24,000 bases of DNA from Verrucomicrobiota bacterium (GTDB lineage Bacteria; Verrucomicrobiota; Verrucomicrobiia; Opitutales; Coraliomargaritaceae), in NCBI GenBank assembly GCA_039815375.1, contig JBCBZJ010000013.1, forward strand, positions 56,957 to 80,956, in the 5' to 3' direction. Positions 16,462 to 24,000 of this stretch are shown here, one piece after another. The position numbers were made by a program, and so were the translations under genes. The notes beneath the pieces are model-generated. The model worked only from the letters and a program-made list of their open reading frames with translations. It had not been told where the DNA came from and did not search any database. Positions within the stretch are counted from its first letter, which is position 1; each line of letters begins with the position of its first letter.

Positions 16462-18414
16462 ATGCCCTCCTTAATTGATAGGTCTGGTAATGTCCAATTT
16501 TTTGGTCAGCTATCTTGGGCTAATTTCCTCGATTGGCTGATTACCTTATGCCTTGCCGCTATTCTAGTGATTACTTCTCTCCAGCTGGGCGGTGTTCGGC
16601 CGGAGACTCAGCATTCTGTTCTGCCACTGTATGCTATCCTTCTCTTGCTCCATGGTCTTTGGATCGCCATTGATAAGGAAAGGCCTCGCCGGATTAGTCC
16701 AGGTCCGGTCCTTTTTTTACCCTTCCTTATTTTCGCGTCGCTCAGCTTTTACTTTTTAAGCCCGGTTCCCTGGCGCGCATCTTATGAATTAACCTATTTC
16801 TTTGGCATATTCATATTTATTTGGGTCGCAGTAAATAACGTGCGGAGTCGAGCGCATTTATTGATTTTGATACTTATGGCGCTGATTCCGGCAGGGAGTG
16901 CATCTCTTATCGGTTTTTACCAGTTTTTCCAGGACTCCACTCAGGTAGCGAGTGCATCGGTCGGTTATGCATTGGAATTGAATCAACAGTACTTTGGAAG
17001 GGCTACAGGTATTTTCGCTGATCCAAATAGCTTCGCCGCCTACCTTCTTGCTCTTTTGCCCTGTTTTATAATAGCGGCCCTTGTGCCCCGGCTCCCGATC
17101 ATCTTAAGAGTGCTTTGTTTTTATGTGGGTCTAGTTCTGCTGGCAGGTATTACCTTTACGCAAACATATTGGGCTGCCGCTTCGGTCGTCATTTTGATGG
17201 CTATCTTGCCCTGGTTTTGTTTCAAAAAAAAGTCCTTACGGGTGCTTTCTTCCATGCTGGTAGTTGGTTCGGCTCTGGTGGTCTTCCTGTTGATGTTTCT
17301 GGTAAGCCCATCATTTCAACGTGGTTTCGCGCGTGCGCTGAGCACGGATGGCGAAGCTGTAAGAATTGTTTTATGGCAAGAGGGCCTTCGTAGTCTATCG
17401 CGAAGTCCTTTCCTTGGCTCAGGTGGAGGCACCTATGCTTTTCAACTAGATCATAGTGACTCTCTCTCAATTCCTTATGGTCCTGTAACGCCGCAAAATG
17501 ATTACATGCTTATTTTGGGGCAATATGGGTTACTTGGTGGAGCTCTTTTGTTCGTGCCTGGCTTTTACCTGATTTTAAGAGCTTACCTACGCTGGAAATC
17601 TGAGGCATTTGACAGAAAGCTAAAGGGGCAGCGCGAGAGGGTGATGTCACCACAGAAGTTTTTTCTTTCAATTGCGACTAGCGGAATTCTGGCTCTTCTC
17701 ATTGCGGCCTTTTTTACTTCTGTGCTTTATATTCCGGGGTTGCTGCTCTTTGGAGCCCTGCTCTTTTCTGTCCTAGTTAAGCTCAGCTTCAGTCGCACTC
17801 TGAACCTGCCGAATTTTCGTTTTGCAGGCCTGTCTTATTTGTCTATCGCCGCATTGTTTGGTGTAGTTTTCTGGATAAATTCCAGCTCTAGTATTGAATC
17901 CCAAGCATACGAGTTACGGGCTCGGCAGAGCCTTAATAAACTTGTGGAAAAGCGGGTTCCCATCTCAGGCAATATTGAGCTAATCGAAAATACCATTCAT
18001 AGGTTCAAAGATGCTGTAGTTATCGACCCGAACAATGCTGACGCTTGGATTGGTCTGAGCTCAGCGATTTGCCAGCTTTACTACAGTAGGCCTGAAGAAT
18101 TTGAAGCAATCGCGTCTCGTGCCGTCTCGGCTGCGTCCCGTGCCTACGAGATATGTCCGGAATATTGGCTATCATCAGCGCAGTTGGGTATTGCCCTTGC
18201 ACTGGGCGGAGAGCTCGAAGACGCTCGCTCTGCGCTGGAACGCTCTGTAGCAATGGCGCCAAACAGCAGTAATGCACATTATTATCTGGCTTCTTACCTT
18301 AGCGTTTTTCCGGAAGAGAGGGAGGGCGCGATTGAGCACGTCGGCCTGTCGCTTGAGATTAATCCGCGTAATGCGGCGGCTTTAAAACTGCAGCGTAAAC
18401 TTTTGATTCTTTAG
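16462..18414 (+). CDS. O-antigen ligase/polymerase-like (Wzy_C) polytopic membrane protein fused to C-terminal TPR repeats
   Basis: 650 aa with about 10-12 hydrophobic helices. Wzy_C-like loop and helix segments are GRATGIFADPNSFAAYLLALLP and PQNDYMLILGQYGLLGG. The C-terminal soluble ~180 aa carries TPR-like repeats (NADAWIGLSSAICQLY..., EYWLSSAQLGIALALGGELEDARSALERSVAMAPNSSNAHYYLASYL). Confidence 0.8.
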   Translation: MPSLIDRSGNVQFFGQLSWANFLDWLITLCLAAILVITSLQLGGVRPETQHSVLPLYAILLLLHGLWIAIDKERPRRISPGPVLFLPFLIFASLSFYFLSPVPWRASYELTYFFGIFIFIWVAVNNVRSRAHLLILILMALIPAGSASLIGFYQFFQDSTQVASASVGYALELNQQYFGRATGIFADPNSFAAYLLALLPCFIIAALVPRLPIILRVLCFYVGLVLLAGITFTQTYWAAASVVILMAILPWFCFKKKSLRVLSSMLVVGSALVVFLLMFLVSPSFQRGFARALSTDGEAVRIVLWQEGLRSLSRSPFLGSGGGTYAFQLDHSDSLSIPYGPVTPQNDYMLILGQYGLLGGALLFVPGFYLILRAYLRWKSEAFDRKLKGQRERVMSPQKFFLSIATSGILALLIAAFFTSVLYIPGLLLFGALLFSVLVKLSFSRTLNLPNFRFAGLSYLSIAALFGVVFWINSSSSIESQAYELRARQSLNKLVEKRVPISGNIELIENTIHRFKDAVVIDPNNADAWIGLSSAICQLYYSRPEEFEAIASRAVSAASRAYEICPEYWLSSAQLGIALALGGELEDARSALERSVAMAPNSSNAHYYLASYLSVFPEEREGAIEHVGLSLEINPRNAAALKLQRKLLIL

Positions 18415-18417
18415 GAA

Positions 18418-19323
18418 ATGAACCGGGATTGGATCTTATTGCTTTTTCTTCTGATTTTAAGGCCGTTTGATGTAGGTGCAGAAACCACATTTCGAGGCTC
18501 GGTAGCTGTCTTGGAAGCCAGCCCGAAAGTTCATTTGTCAGTTCTTGGCTACGAGGGCAGTTCGTTTACACCAGTCGCCTTGCCACAATACCTCCCTGGT
18601 TTGTTTTCGGCTACTGGAACTCAGGAAGATTACCTCTTTCTGCGCACTTCGAACCGAATGAATCTCTTTTTTGAGGGAGCTGGTTTTTTCGCCGTGGAAC
18701 GCTTTGAATATGTAGCAGAATCCGATCCGTCGGTGAGCGAAGAACTAAAGGTGCTCCAGAGCCGGATGATATTGAATTTGCGGAAAGGTCTACTCTTGGT
18801 GGATTGTGTTGAACTTTGCGAGGAATCTCAACTTTTTGTTGAGGCACCATTCGGTCAGGTCGCCGGTTCCGGGGCTAAATGGTTTATAGAGATTGCATTA
18901 GATCCGCGCAGCGGGATTTACGGTTTTACCATTGCCTGCCAAGAGGGTCTGGTTCGTTTGACTGACCTGAGAGGCGAGGTCTATTTGATCTATCCGGGGC
19001 AGCGTCTGGCCGGTGCGGGCAGTTCGAGTGCGCCGGCAATCGAGGTCGGCGAGCCTACCGATCATTCGCGTCAACTCTTCAAGAATTTTGAGGAACTGTT
19101 AATGAAGCACGACATGACTAAGCTCGACCATGCAGCATTGCGTCAACAGATGCTGGTGCTGGGGGAATCTACCGCTGCAGAATCGGCTCTTACGGATGAT
19201 TCAGGTGCTCCGAAATCTAACAAGCGCCCTGTTGTTATTGAGTTTTCGCCTCGTGCACCGGAATTGACTCCTTTTCGCGGTGAGGTGTGCCCGCCTTCCG
19301 ATGCCCAAGTGGATTTATTTTAG
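18418..19323 (+). CDS. secreted protein, FecR-like beta-sandwich domain (tentative)
   Basis: 301 aa with signal peptide MNRDWILLLFLLILRPFDVGA. The alternating-strand pattern YLFLRTSNRMNLFFEGAGFFAVE...ILNLRKGLLLVD...LFVEAPFGQVAGSGAKWFIEI...CQEGLVRLTDLRGEVYLIYPGQ fits the FecR-domain layout by eye. It starts 3 bp after the upstream stop and overlaps the cyclase start. Confidence 0.5.
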   Translation: MNRDWILLLFLLILRPFDVGAETTFRGSVAVLEASPKVHLSVLGYEGSSFTPVALPQYLPGLFSATGTQEDYLFLRTSNRMNLFFEGAGFFAVERFEYVAESDPSVSEELKVLQSRMILNLRKGLLLVDCVELCEESQLFVEAPFGQVAGSGAKWFIEIALDPRSGIYGFTIACQEGLVRLTDLRGEVYLIYPGQRLAGAGSSSAPAIEVGEPTDHSRQLFKNFEELLMKHDMTKLDHAALRQQMLVLGESTAAESALTDDSGAPKSNKRPVVIEFSPRAPELTPFRGEVCPPSDAQVDLF

Positions 19324-21706
19324 AAAATTGAAAGGATTGAAGCAATCTGGCCTTTACGCTTTGCTGGTCCTGGCTTCATCGGCAGTTTGGATTGTATTGG
19401 GCAGCTCTGGGCTCTTGGACGGTATTGATCAGGAGGTCATGAGATGGCGCTATCTTGCGAGGGGTGAGATTGAGACGAAAGACAACATCGTCTATGTCGA
19501 TCTGGATGCTGAAACCGTTTCTTATATGGGGCATCGGCCGTGGGATCGCAGAGAGTTTGGCCGCGTTCTCGCAGCTCTTTTGGGTCCGGGTGGAGCCAGA
19601 ACCGTGGCGGTTGATATCATCTTTTCAAAGTATGGTGCGAGCACGATGCTTGATCTGGATCGTGCACGAAAAGGGGACTTCTTTTTGGGGCAAATAGTAG
19701 AAAAGTATAAGGATAAAGTGGTCTTGGCTGCAGCCTATACAGGAGTGATTAATACTCTGGCTGCTGAGAGTGCCGACAGGCTGCCGCTGATTCGGGATGG
19801 CAACTACGATCCCGAAACGAACACTTTTCCTGAGGCACCAACGTTCCCGATTATTAATCTCGATGTCGGGCGTTTGGGAATAGCGAATGTTGATGAGGCA
19901 CTGAGTCGGGGGCCGATTCCCCTCTTTGTTCCCGCATTTATCGAGTTTGATAGCCCTCGTTACAGTTTTTTGCTGATGGATGGTTTAACCCGCCATTTCA
20001 GCTTAGTCCTGAATGAGGAGCTCAGGCCGGCCGTTTTAGGGGATCAAGTTACCATCCAAAGTAGTGATGGTTGGTTTAGCAAGCAGCTGCCTCTAAATAC
20101 CAAGACGACGCTTTTTAGCTTAGGTTTGGAGGCTTTTCTTGTTGCGCATGGTCTCGGACGAACAGCGGTTGAGTTCGAAGGCAGTACGCTGTCGATTCGC
20201 ATGAGCGAAGAAGAAACCATACGTATACCATTGGTTCAGTCACAGTCGATTGAAGTGAATTGGTTCGAAGGTTGGGATACGAGTCAGGGCAATGAAAGAG
20301 TAAGTATGCGCGAGGTTCTGGAACGAGCTGATGCGCTGGCAAAGGCTGCAAATGCGAACGATACTTCTACCCTCAAAACTTTGCGCGAGTGGTTTAGCCA
20401 ATTCAATGATAAGGTCATCTTTCTTGGGCCGGTTGACCCTCAGTTGAAAGATATTGCTCCGACACCATTCAATCGAGTGCCTGTTCCTAAGGTGTTGCTG
20501 CATGCCAATGTTTTTCGCACGATTGAGTCCGGCGAGTTTATTCTGAGAGTATCATCTTTGGTCTCCGCTCTGAGTGTTCTTCTGCTTACTGTTGGGGTTG
20601 CATGTTTGGCCCTTGGTAATCGATGGTTACGGATTTGTTCAGTAGGCGTCTTTATCGGCTACATCGGATTCGTATTTGTGGTTTTTTCCTCTTCGAATCT
20701 AGTCCTTCCTCTCGTCTCGCCTGTAGGTTCTGCCCTCACCGCAACCATTTTTGTTATTCTGATCCGTATTGGTTCCGAAGAGTGGCAGCGTCGTCGTATT
20801 AAGAATCTATTCGGTGCTTACGTCTCTCCAAGCTTGGTTAATGATATGGTCGAATCCCATCGAGACCCTGAGCTTGGCGGAACAGAAGCTGAGGTGACGG
20901 CCCTTTTTTCCGATGTCGAGGGGTTTTCTTCGCTTTCGGAAGAGTTGAAGCCGAACGAACTGGTCGCTCTTATGAACGAATATCTCGGTGAAATGACTGA
21001 GACTTTTCAGGCGGAACAAGGCACCCTGGACAAGTATATCGGCGATGCCATTGTGACGATGTTTGGCATGCCCTATCCGGTTGACGATCATGCTGCGCGT
21101 GCCTGTCGATCAGCACTCGCTATGCAAGAACGCCATGCTGCACTTCGAGAACAATGGAGGGAAGATGGCAAGTGGCCGGAAAAGGTGCTGCAGATGCGCA
21201 CTCGAATCGGTATCAACACCGGGGTTGCTGTTATCGGGAACATGGGAAGTGAAATGCGTTTCAACTACACAATGATGGGGGATTCGGTAAACCTCGCTGC
21301 TCGATGCGAAAGTGGGGCAAAGAGCTACGGAGTGTATACCATGGTCACGGCGTCGACGCTCGAGGCTGCTTTGCGGGAGAACCTGGAATTGCACTATCGC
21401 AAGTTGGATCGTGTTGTCGTTAAAGGTCGGAGTCGGCCGGTTGAAATCTACGAGCTATGGGATGCCTCCTATGATTTAACGAAGGCTCGATCTTGTCGTG
21501 CGAAGTATGAGCAAGCGCTTCAAGCGTATTTCGACGGCGATTGGGAAAATGCGCTTTTGGGCTTCGAAGCGTCTTCAGCTGATGAGCCCGGTCAGGAGTT
21601 TGCGCCAATCACGCCATCTGAACTTCTCGCGGAACGTTGCCGAGAGTTCATTAAGAACGGCTCTCCGGAGAATTGGGATGGCGTCTACCGGATGAAAACG
21701 AAATAA
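19301..21706 (+). CDS. CHASE2 sensor domain-containing class III adenylate cyclase
   Basis: N-terminal TM (GLYALLVLASSAVWIVLG), a ~380 aa extracytoplasmic CHASE2-type region (IVYVDLDAETV...VAVDIIFS), then 3 TM helices. The cyclase core is ALFSDVEGFSSLSE...LDKYIGDAIVTMFG...RIGINTGVAVIGNMGS...NYTMMGDSVNLAARCES. I prefer the ATG at 19301 (MPKWIYFRKL) over the GTG at 19280. Confidence 0.9.
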   Translation: MPKWIYFRKLKGLKQSGLYALLVLASSAVWIVLGSSGLLDGIDQEVMRWRYLARGEIETKDNIVYVDLDAETVSYMGHRPWDRREFGRVLAALLGPGGARTVAVDIIFSKYGASTMLDLDRARKGDFFLGQIVEKYKDKVVLAAAYTGVINTLAAESADRLPLIRDGNYDPETNTFPEAPTFPIINLDVGRLGIANVDEALSRGPIPLFVPAFIEFDSPRYSFLLMDGLTRHFSLVLNEELRPAVLGDQVTIQSSDGWFSKQLPLNTKTTLFSLGLEAFLVAHGLGRTAVEFEGSTLSIRMSEEETIRIPLVQSQSIEVNWFEGWDTSQGNERVSMREVLERADALAKAANANDTSTLKTLREWFSQFNDKVIFLGPVDPQLKDIAPTPFNRVPVPKVLLHANVFRTIESGEFILRVSSLVSALSVLLLTVGVACLALGNRWLRICSVGVFIGYIGFVFVVFSSSNLVLPLVSPVGSALTATIFVILIRIGSEEWQRRRIKNLFGAYVSPSLVNDMVESHRDPELGGTEAEVTALFSDVEGFSSLSEELKPNELVALMNEYLGEMTETFQAEQGTLDKYIGDAIVTMFGMPYPVDDHAARACRSALAMQERHAALREQWREDGKWPEKVLQMRTRIGINTGVAVIGNMGSEMRFNYTMMGDSVNLAARCESGAKSYGVYTMVTASTLEAALRENLELHYRKLDRVVVKGRSRPVEIYELWDASYDLTKARSCRAKYEQALQAYFDGDWENALLGFEASSADEPGQEFAPITPSELLAERCREFIKNGSPENWDGVYRMKTK

Positions 21707-21721
21707 ACTGTTATGGTGGCT

Positions 21722-22042
21722 TTAGTAGGAAGGCACCTCGGGGTCGACTTCATGAGACCAGGCGTGAATGCCCCCCGCCATGTTGATCACATTTTTGAAG
21801 CCCCTTGACTCGAGATACTGGAGGACGTTCATGCTGCGCATACCATGGTGGCAAAACACCACGAGCGGCGCAGTCGTTGGGAGTGAATCGACTCTGCCGG
21901 GGATTTCGCCCATCGGGATATGAAGTGATCCTTTGATGGAGCAGAAAGCCACCTCCTCCGGCTCTCTTACATCGAGGAGAACCGTTTCGGGAGTCTCTTC
22001 ACGCATTTTAGCTGCATCGGTCGCACTGATTTCCTTGTTCAT
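21722..22042 (-). CDS. single-domain rhodanese-like sulfurtransferase
   Basis: 106 aa with the active-site loop [10 protein letters not shown] (CxxxxR[ST]) and the typical LLDVREPEE and GGIHAW segments. Confidence 0.85.
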   Translation of the reverse strand: MNKEISATDAAKMREETPETVLLDVREPEEVAFCSIKGSLHIPMGEIPGRVDSLPTTAPLVVFCHHGMRSMNVLQYLESRGFKNVINMAGGIHAWSHEVDPEVPSY

Positions 22043-22072
22043 TACCTATCTTTCATGATGATTGAGGAGAAT

Positions 22073-22831
22073 ATGTCAAAGAACCCGGCTATAATCGTGC
22101 CAACACGGCTAAGCTCGACGCGCTTTCCCCGTAAGCTTCTCTATGCTGTGAAAGGGAAACCCGTGATCCTTTGGACAGCTGAGCGCATTGCCCAGGTTGC
22201 GCCGGAGTTCCCTCTCTATTTCGCTGTGGATGATGTCGAATTAGAGGACTGCCTTGGTGATGCAGGCTATCAAACTGTAATGACACATCCGGATCATCCA
22301 AGTGGCACCGACCGTCTTGCCGAGGCCAACGAGAGAGTAGGGGCCAGTGCTGTGATTAATGTCCAGGGGGATGAGCCACTTGTTACCGGTGAACAAATTC
22401 GCGCTCTTGCAGAAGGCCTTGGTAATGGTTGTGACATTGCTACACTTGCGGTGCGTTTTGAAAAACCGGAAGATTTTGCCAATCCGAACCAAGTTAAGGT
22501 CGTGTGTGCCCGCACAGGAGAAGCGCTTTTCTTCTCACGTTCAGCGATTCCTTTCTGCCGTGAACTCGCTGGTCAGGTTGACGCGGCTTGGCTTCGAGCC
22601 AATCCAGTTTACCGGCACCTCGGTCTTTATGCCTATTCTGCTGATTTCCTGAAGGCTTTCTCTTCGCTTGAGCCTGGCTTCCTTGAGCAACATGAAAAGC
22701 TCGAACAGCTCCGAGCTATGGAGCACGGCTACAGAATTCACGTTGGAACAACGGATCAACCCACAATTGGTATCGATACGCCTGAAGATATCCTTGGCTT
22801 TGAAGCTGCCATGAATTCGTCGAAGGGTTGA
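22073..22831 (+). CDS. kdsB: 3-deoxy-manno-octulosonate cytidylyltransferase (CMP-Kdo synthetase)
   Basis: [23 protein letters not shown]..., [10 protein letters not shown] and the GIDTPEDL-like GIDTPEDI are present. GAGGAG at 22064-22069 precedes the ATG at 22073. The ORF-track start at 22055 (MMIEEN...) is an alternative. Confidence 0.9.
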   Translation: MSKNPAIIVPTRLSSTRFPRKLLYAVKGKPVILWTAERIAQVAPEFPLYFAVDDVELEDCLGDAGYQTVMTHPDHPSGTDRLAEANERVGASAVINVQGDEPLVTGEQIRALAEGLGNGCDIATLAVRFEKPEDFANPNQVKVVCARTGEALFFSRSAIPFCRELAGQVDAAWLRANPVYRHLGLYAYSADFLKAFSSLEPGFLEQHEKLEQLRAMEHGYRIHVGTTDQPTIGIDTPEDILGFEAAMNSSKG

Positions 22832-22863
22832 CAAAGCAGCAGACTAGCAGCCGTATTTAGTAG

Positions 22864-24000
22864 ATGCAGACTGCGACGCCAGCCCTTGAAGTAGACCCGC
22901 TCAGCCTCCCGGACGAGCGGGGCCACTTTGGCCCATACGGAGGTATGTATGTGCCTGAAACCTTGATGACACCACTTTTTGAGCTGACGGAAGCCTACAA
23001 GGAAGCTCGTAGGGATCCTGAATTCCAGAAAGAGCTGGACCATCACCTGCGGGAATTTGCTGGTCGTCCGACCAATCTTTATTTTGCGGAGCGCCTGACC
23101 GAGCACTGCGGTGGGGCACAAATTTACCTGAAGCGGGAGGATCTCCTCCATACAGGTGCGCACAAAATTAACAACGCACTTGGGCAGGCACTTGTTGCTA
23201 AACGCATGGGCAAAAAGCGTATCATTGCCGAAACAGGAGCAGGGCAGCATGGAATCGCGACTGCAGCCATATGTGCGAAGATGGGCTTTGAATGCGTGAT
23301 TTATATGGGCGAAGAGGACATGCGTCGTCAGTCGCTGAATGTCTACCGCATGCGCCTTTGTGGCGCCGAGGTTCGGGGTGTTTCCGCAGGTCAGAAGACT
23401 CTCAAGGAGGCCGTTAATGAAGCGATGCGTGATTGGGTGACGAATGTTCGCGACACGCATTACATTATTGGTTCTGCGCTTGGTTCACATCCTTTCCCTA
23501 TGATGGTGCGGGATTTTCATCGTGTTATCGGTGAAGAAACTCGACGGCAAATTCTCGAAATGGCTGGTCGTTTGCCGGATGAGGTTACCGCATGCGTTGG
23601 AGGTGGCTCGAATGCCATCGGTATCTTTTTCGCCTTCCTTGGTGATCCGGAAGTCAAACTCACTGGAGTAGAAGCAGGTGGGCACGGGATCGCACCGGGC
23701 CAACATGCAGCTCGTTTTGAAGGTGGTCGACTGGGTGTTCTTCAGGGAGCGAAAACCTGGATTTTGCAGGATGTTGACGGTCAGATCGATCTCACTCATT
23801 CGGTCTCCGCTGGCCTCGACTATGCCGCGGTCGGGCCGGAACATGCTTATTATAGAGATGCGGGTCGCATCGGCTTTGGATTCGCGACCGACGATGAAGC
23901 GCTCGATGCTTTTAAGGGGCTTTGCCGTATCGAAGGGATCGTGCCTGCGCTCGAATCCTCTCATGGCATTGCCTACACGATGCAGCGTGCGCGGGAAATG
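22864..24000 (+). CDS. trpB: tryptophan synthase beta chain, C-terminus cut by window edge
   Basis: Absent from the ORF track because there is no stop in the window. Manual translation from ATG 22864 gives [130 protein letters not shown]... This includes the PLP-lysine motif HTGAHKINN. The frame stays open for 379 codons to position 24000. Confidence 0.95.
   Translation, partial: MQTATPALEVDPLSLPDERGHFGPYGGMYVPETLMTPLFELTEAYKEARRDPEFQKELDHHLREFAGRPTNLYFAERLTEHCGGAQIYLKREDLLHTGAHKINNALGQALVAKRMGKKRIIAETGAGQHGIATAAICAKMGFECVIYMGEEDMRRQSLNVYRMRLCGAEVRGVSAGQKTLKEAVNEAMRDWVTNVRDTHYIIGSALGSHPFPMMVRDFHRVIGEETRRQILEMAGRLPDEVTACVGGGSNAIGIFFAFLGDPEVKLTGVEAGGHGIAPGQHAARFEGGRLGVLQGAKTWILQDVDGQIDLTHSVSAGLDYAAVGPEHAYYRDAGRIGFGFATDDEALDAFKGLCRIEGIVPALESSHGIAYTMQRAREM

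Noticed and set aside
22756-23964. Two long minus-strand ORFs (234 aa at 22756..23460 and 159 aa at 23485..23964)
   Set aside because: They lie antisense to an unmistakable trpB reading frame (HTGAHKINN etc.). Their translations are low-complexity and Arg/Ser/Cys-rich with no motifs, so they are shadow ORFs.
1-24000. Search for mobile elements, CRISPR repeats, tRNA/rRNA genes, phage-defence or toxin-antitoxin modules
   Set aside because: Visual inspection found no transposase or integrase ORFs, no regularly spaced direct repeats and no cloverleaf-sized non-coding gaps (the largest gap is 182 bp). No nuclease/ATPase/small-toxin gene pairs were seen either. A computational scan (tRNAscan, Infernal, defence-system HMMs) would be needed to exclude them formally.

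Overview
Dense, almost fully coding 24-kb chromosomal window. I count about 27 protein genes and could not recognise any rRNA, tRNA, CRISPR array, IS element or transposase by eye. The host looks like a diderm bacterium: it has kdsB, an O-antigen-ligase-like gene and lipobox lipoproteins. The EpsI/exosortase-type gene and the general protein flavour suggest PVC/Verrucomicrobiota, but that is low-confidence inference. Two genes are cut by the window edges and are therefore missing from the supplied ORF track: an isochorismatase-family hydrolase (1..445, minus) and trpB (22864..24000, plus). Housekeeping content: ApaH/PrpA-like metallophosphoesterase, M23 peptidase, rsmI, a cytoplasmic PAS-PAS hybrid histidine kinase, queF, a RidA-family protein, a DAACS symporter, rsmA/ksgA, trpC, accB-accC followed by Asp23 and an AmaP-like gene, a rhodanese, kdsB and trpB. 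Gene packing is extreme, with start/stop overlaps, two convergent pairs sharing a CTAG stop tetranucleotide, and no convincing rho-independent terminators. The only clearly accessory stretch is 13.6-21.7 kb. It holds a KASIII-like enzyme + ACP + NeuD/PglD-type acyltransferase cassette, an orphan EpsI (exosortase-associated) gene, and a tightly coupled three-gene operon of Wzy_C/O-antigen-ligase-TPR, a FecR-like secreted protein and a CHASE2 class III adenylate cyclase. This is my best candidate for an undescribed envelope-modification and cAMP-signalling system, but the link between its three transcription units is inference from adjacency only. I saw no evidence of a phage-defence, toxin-antitoxin or mobile-element system.
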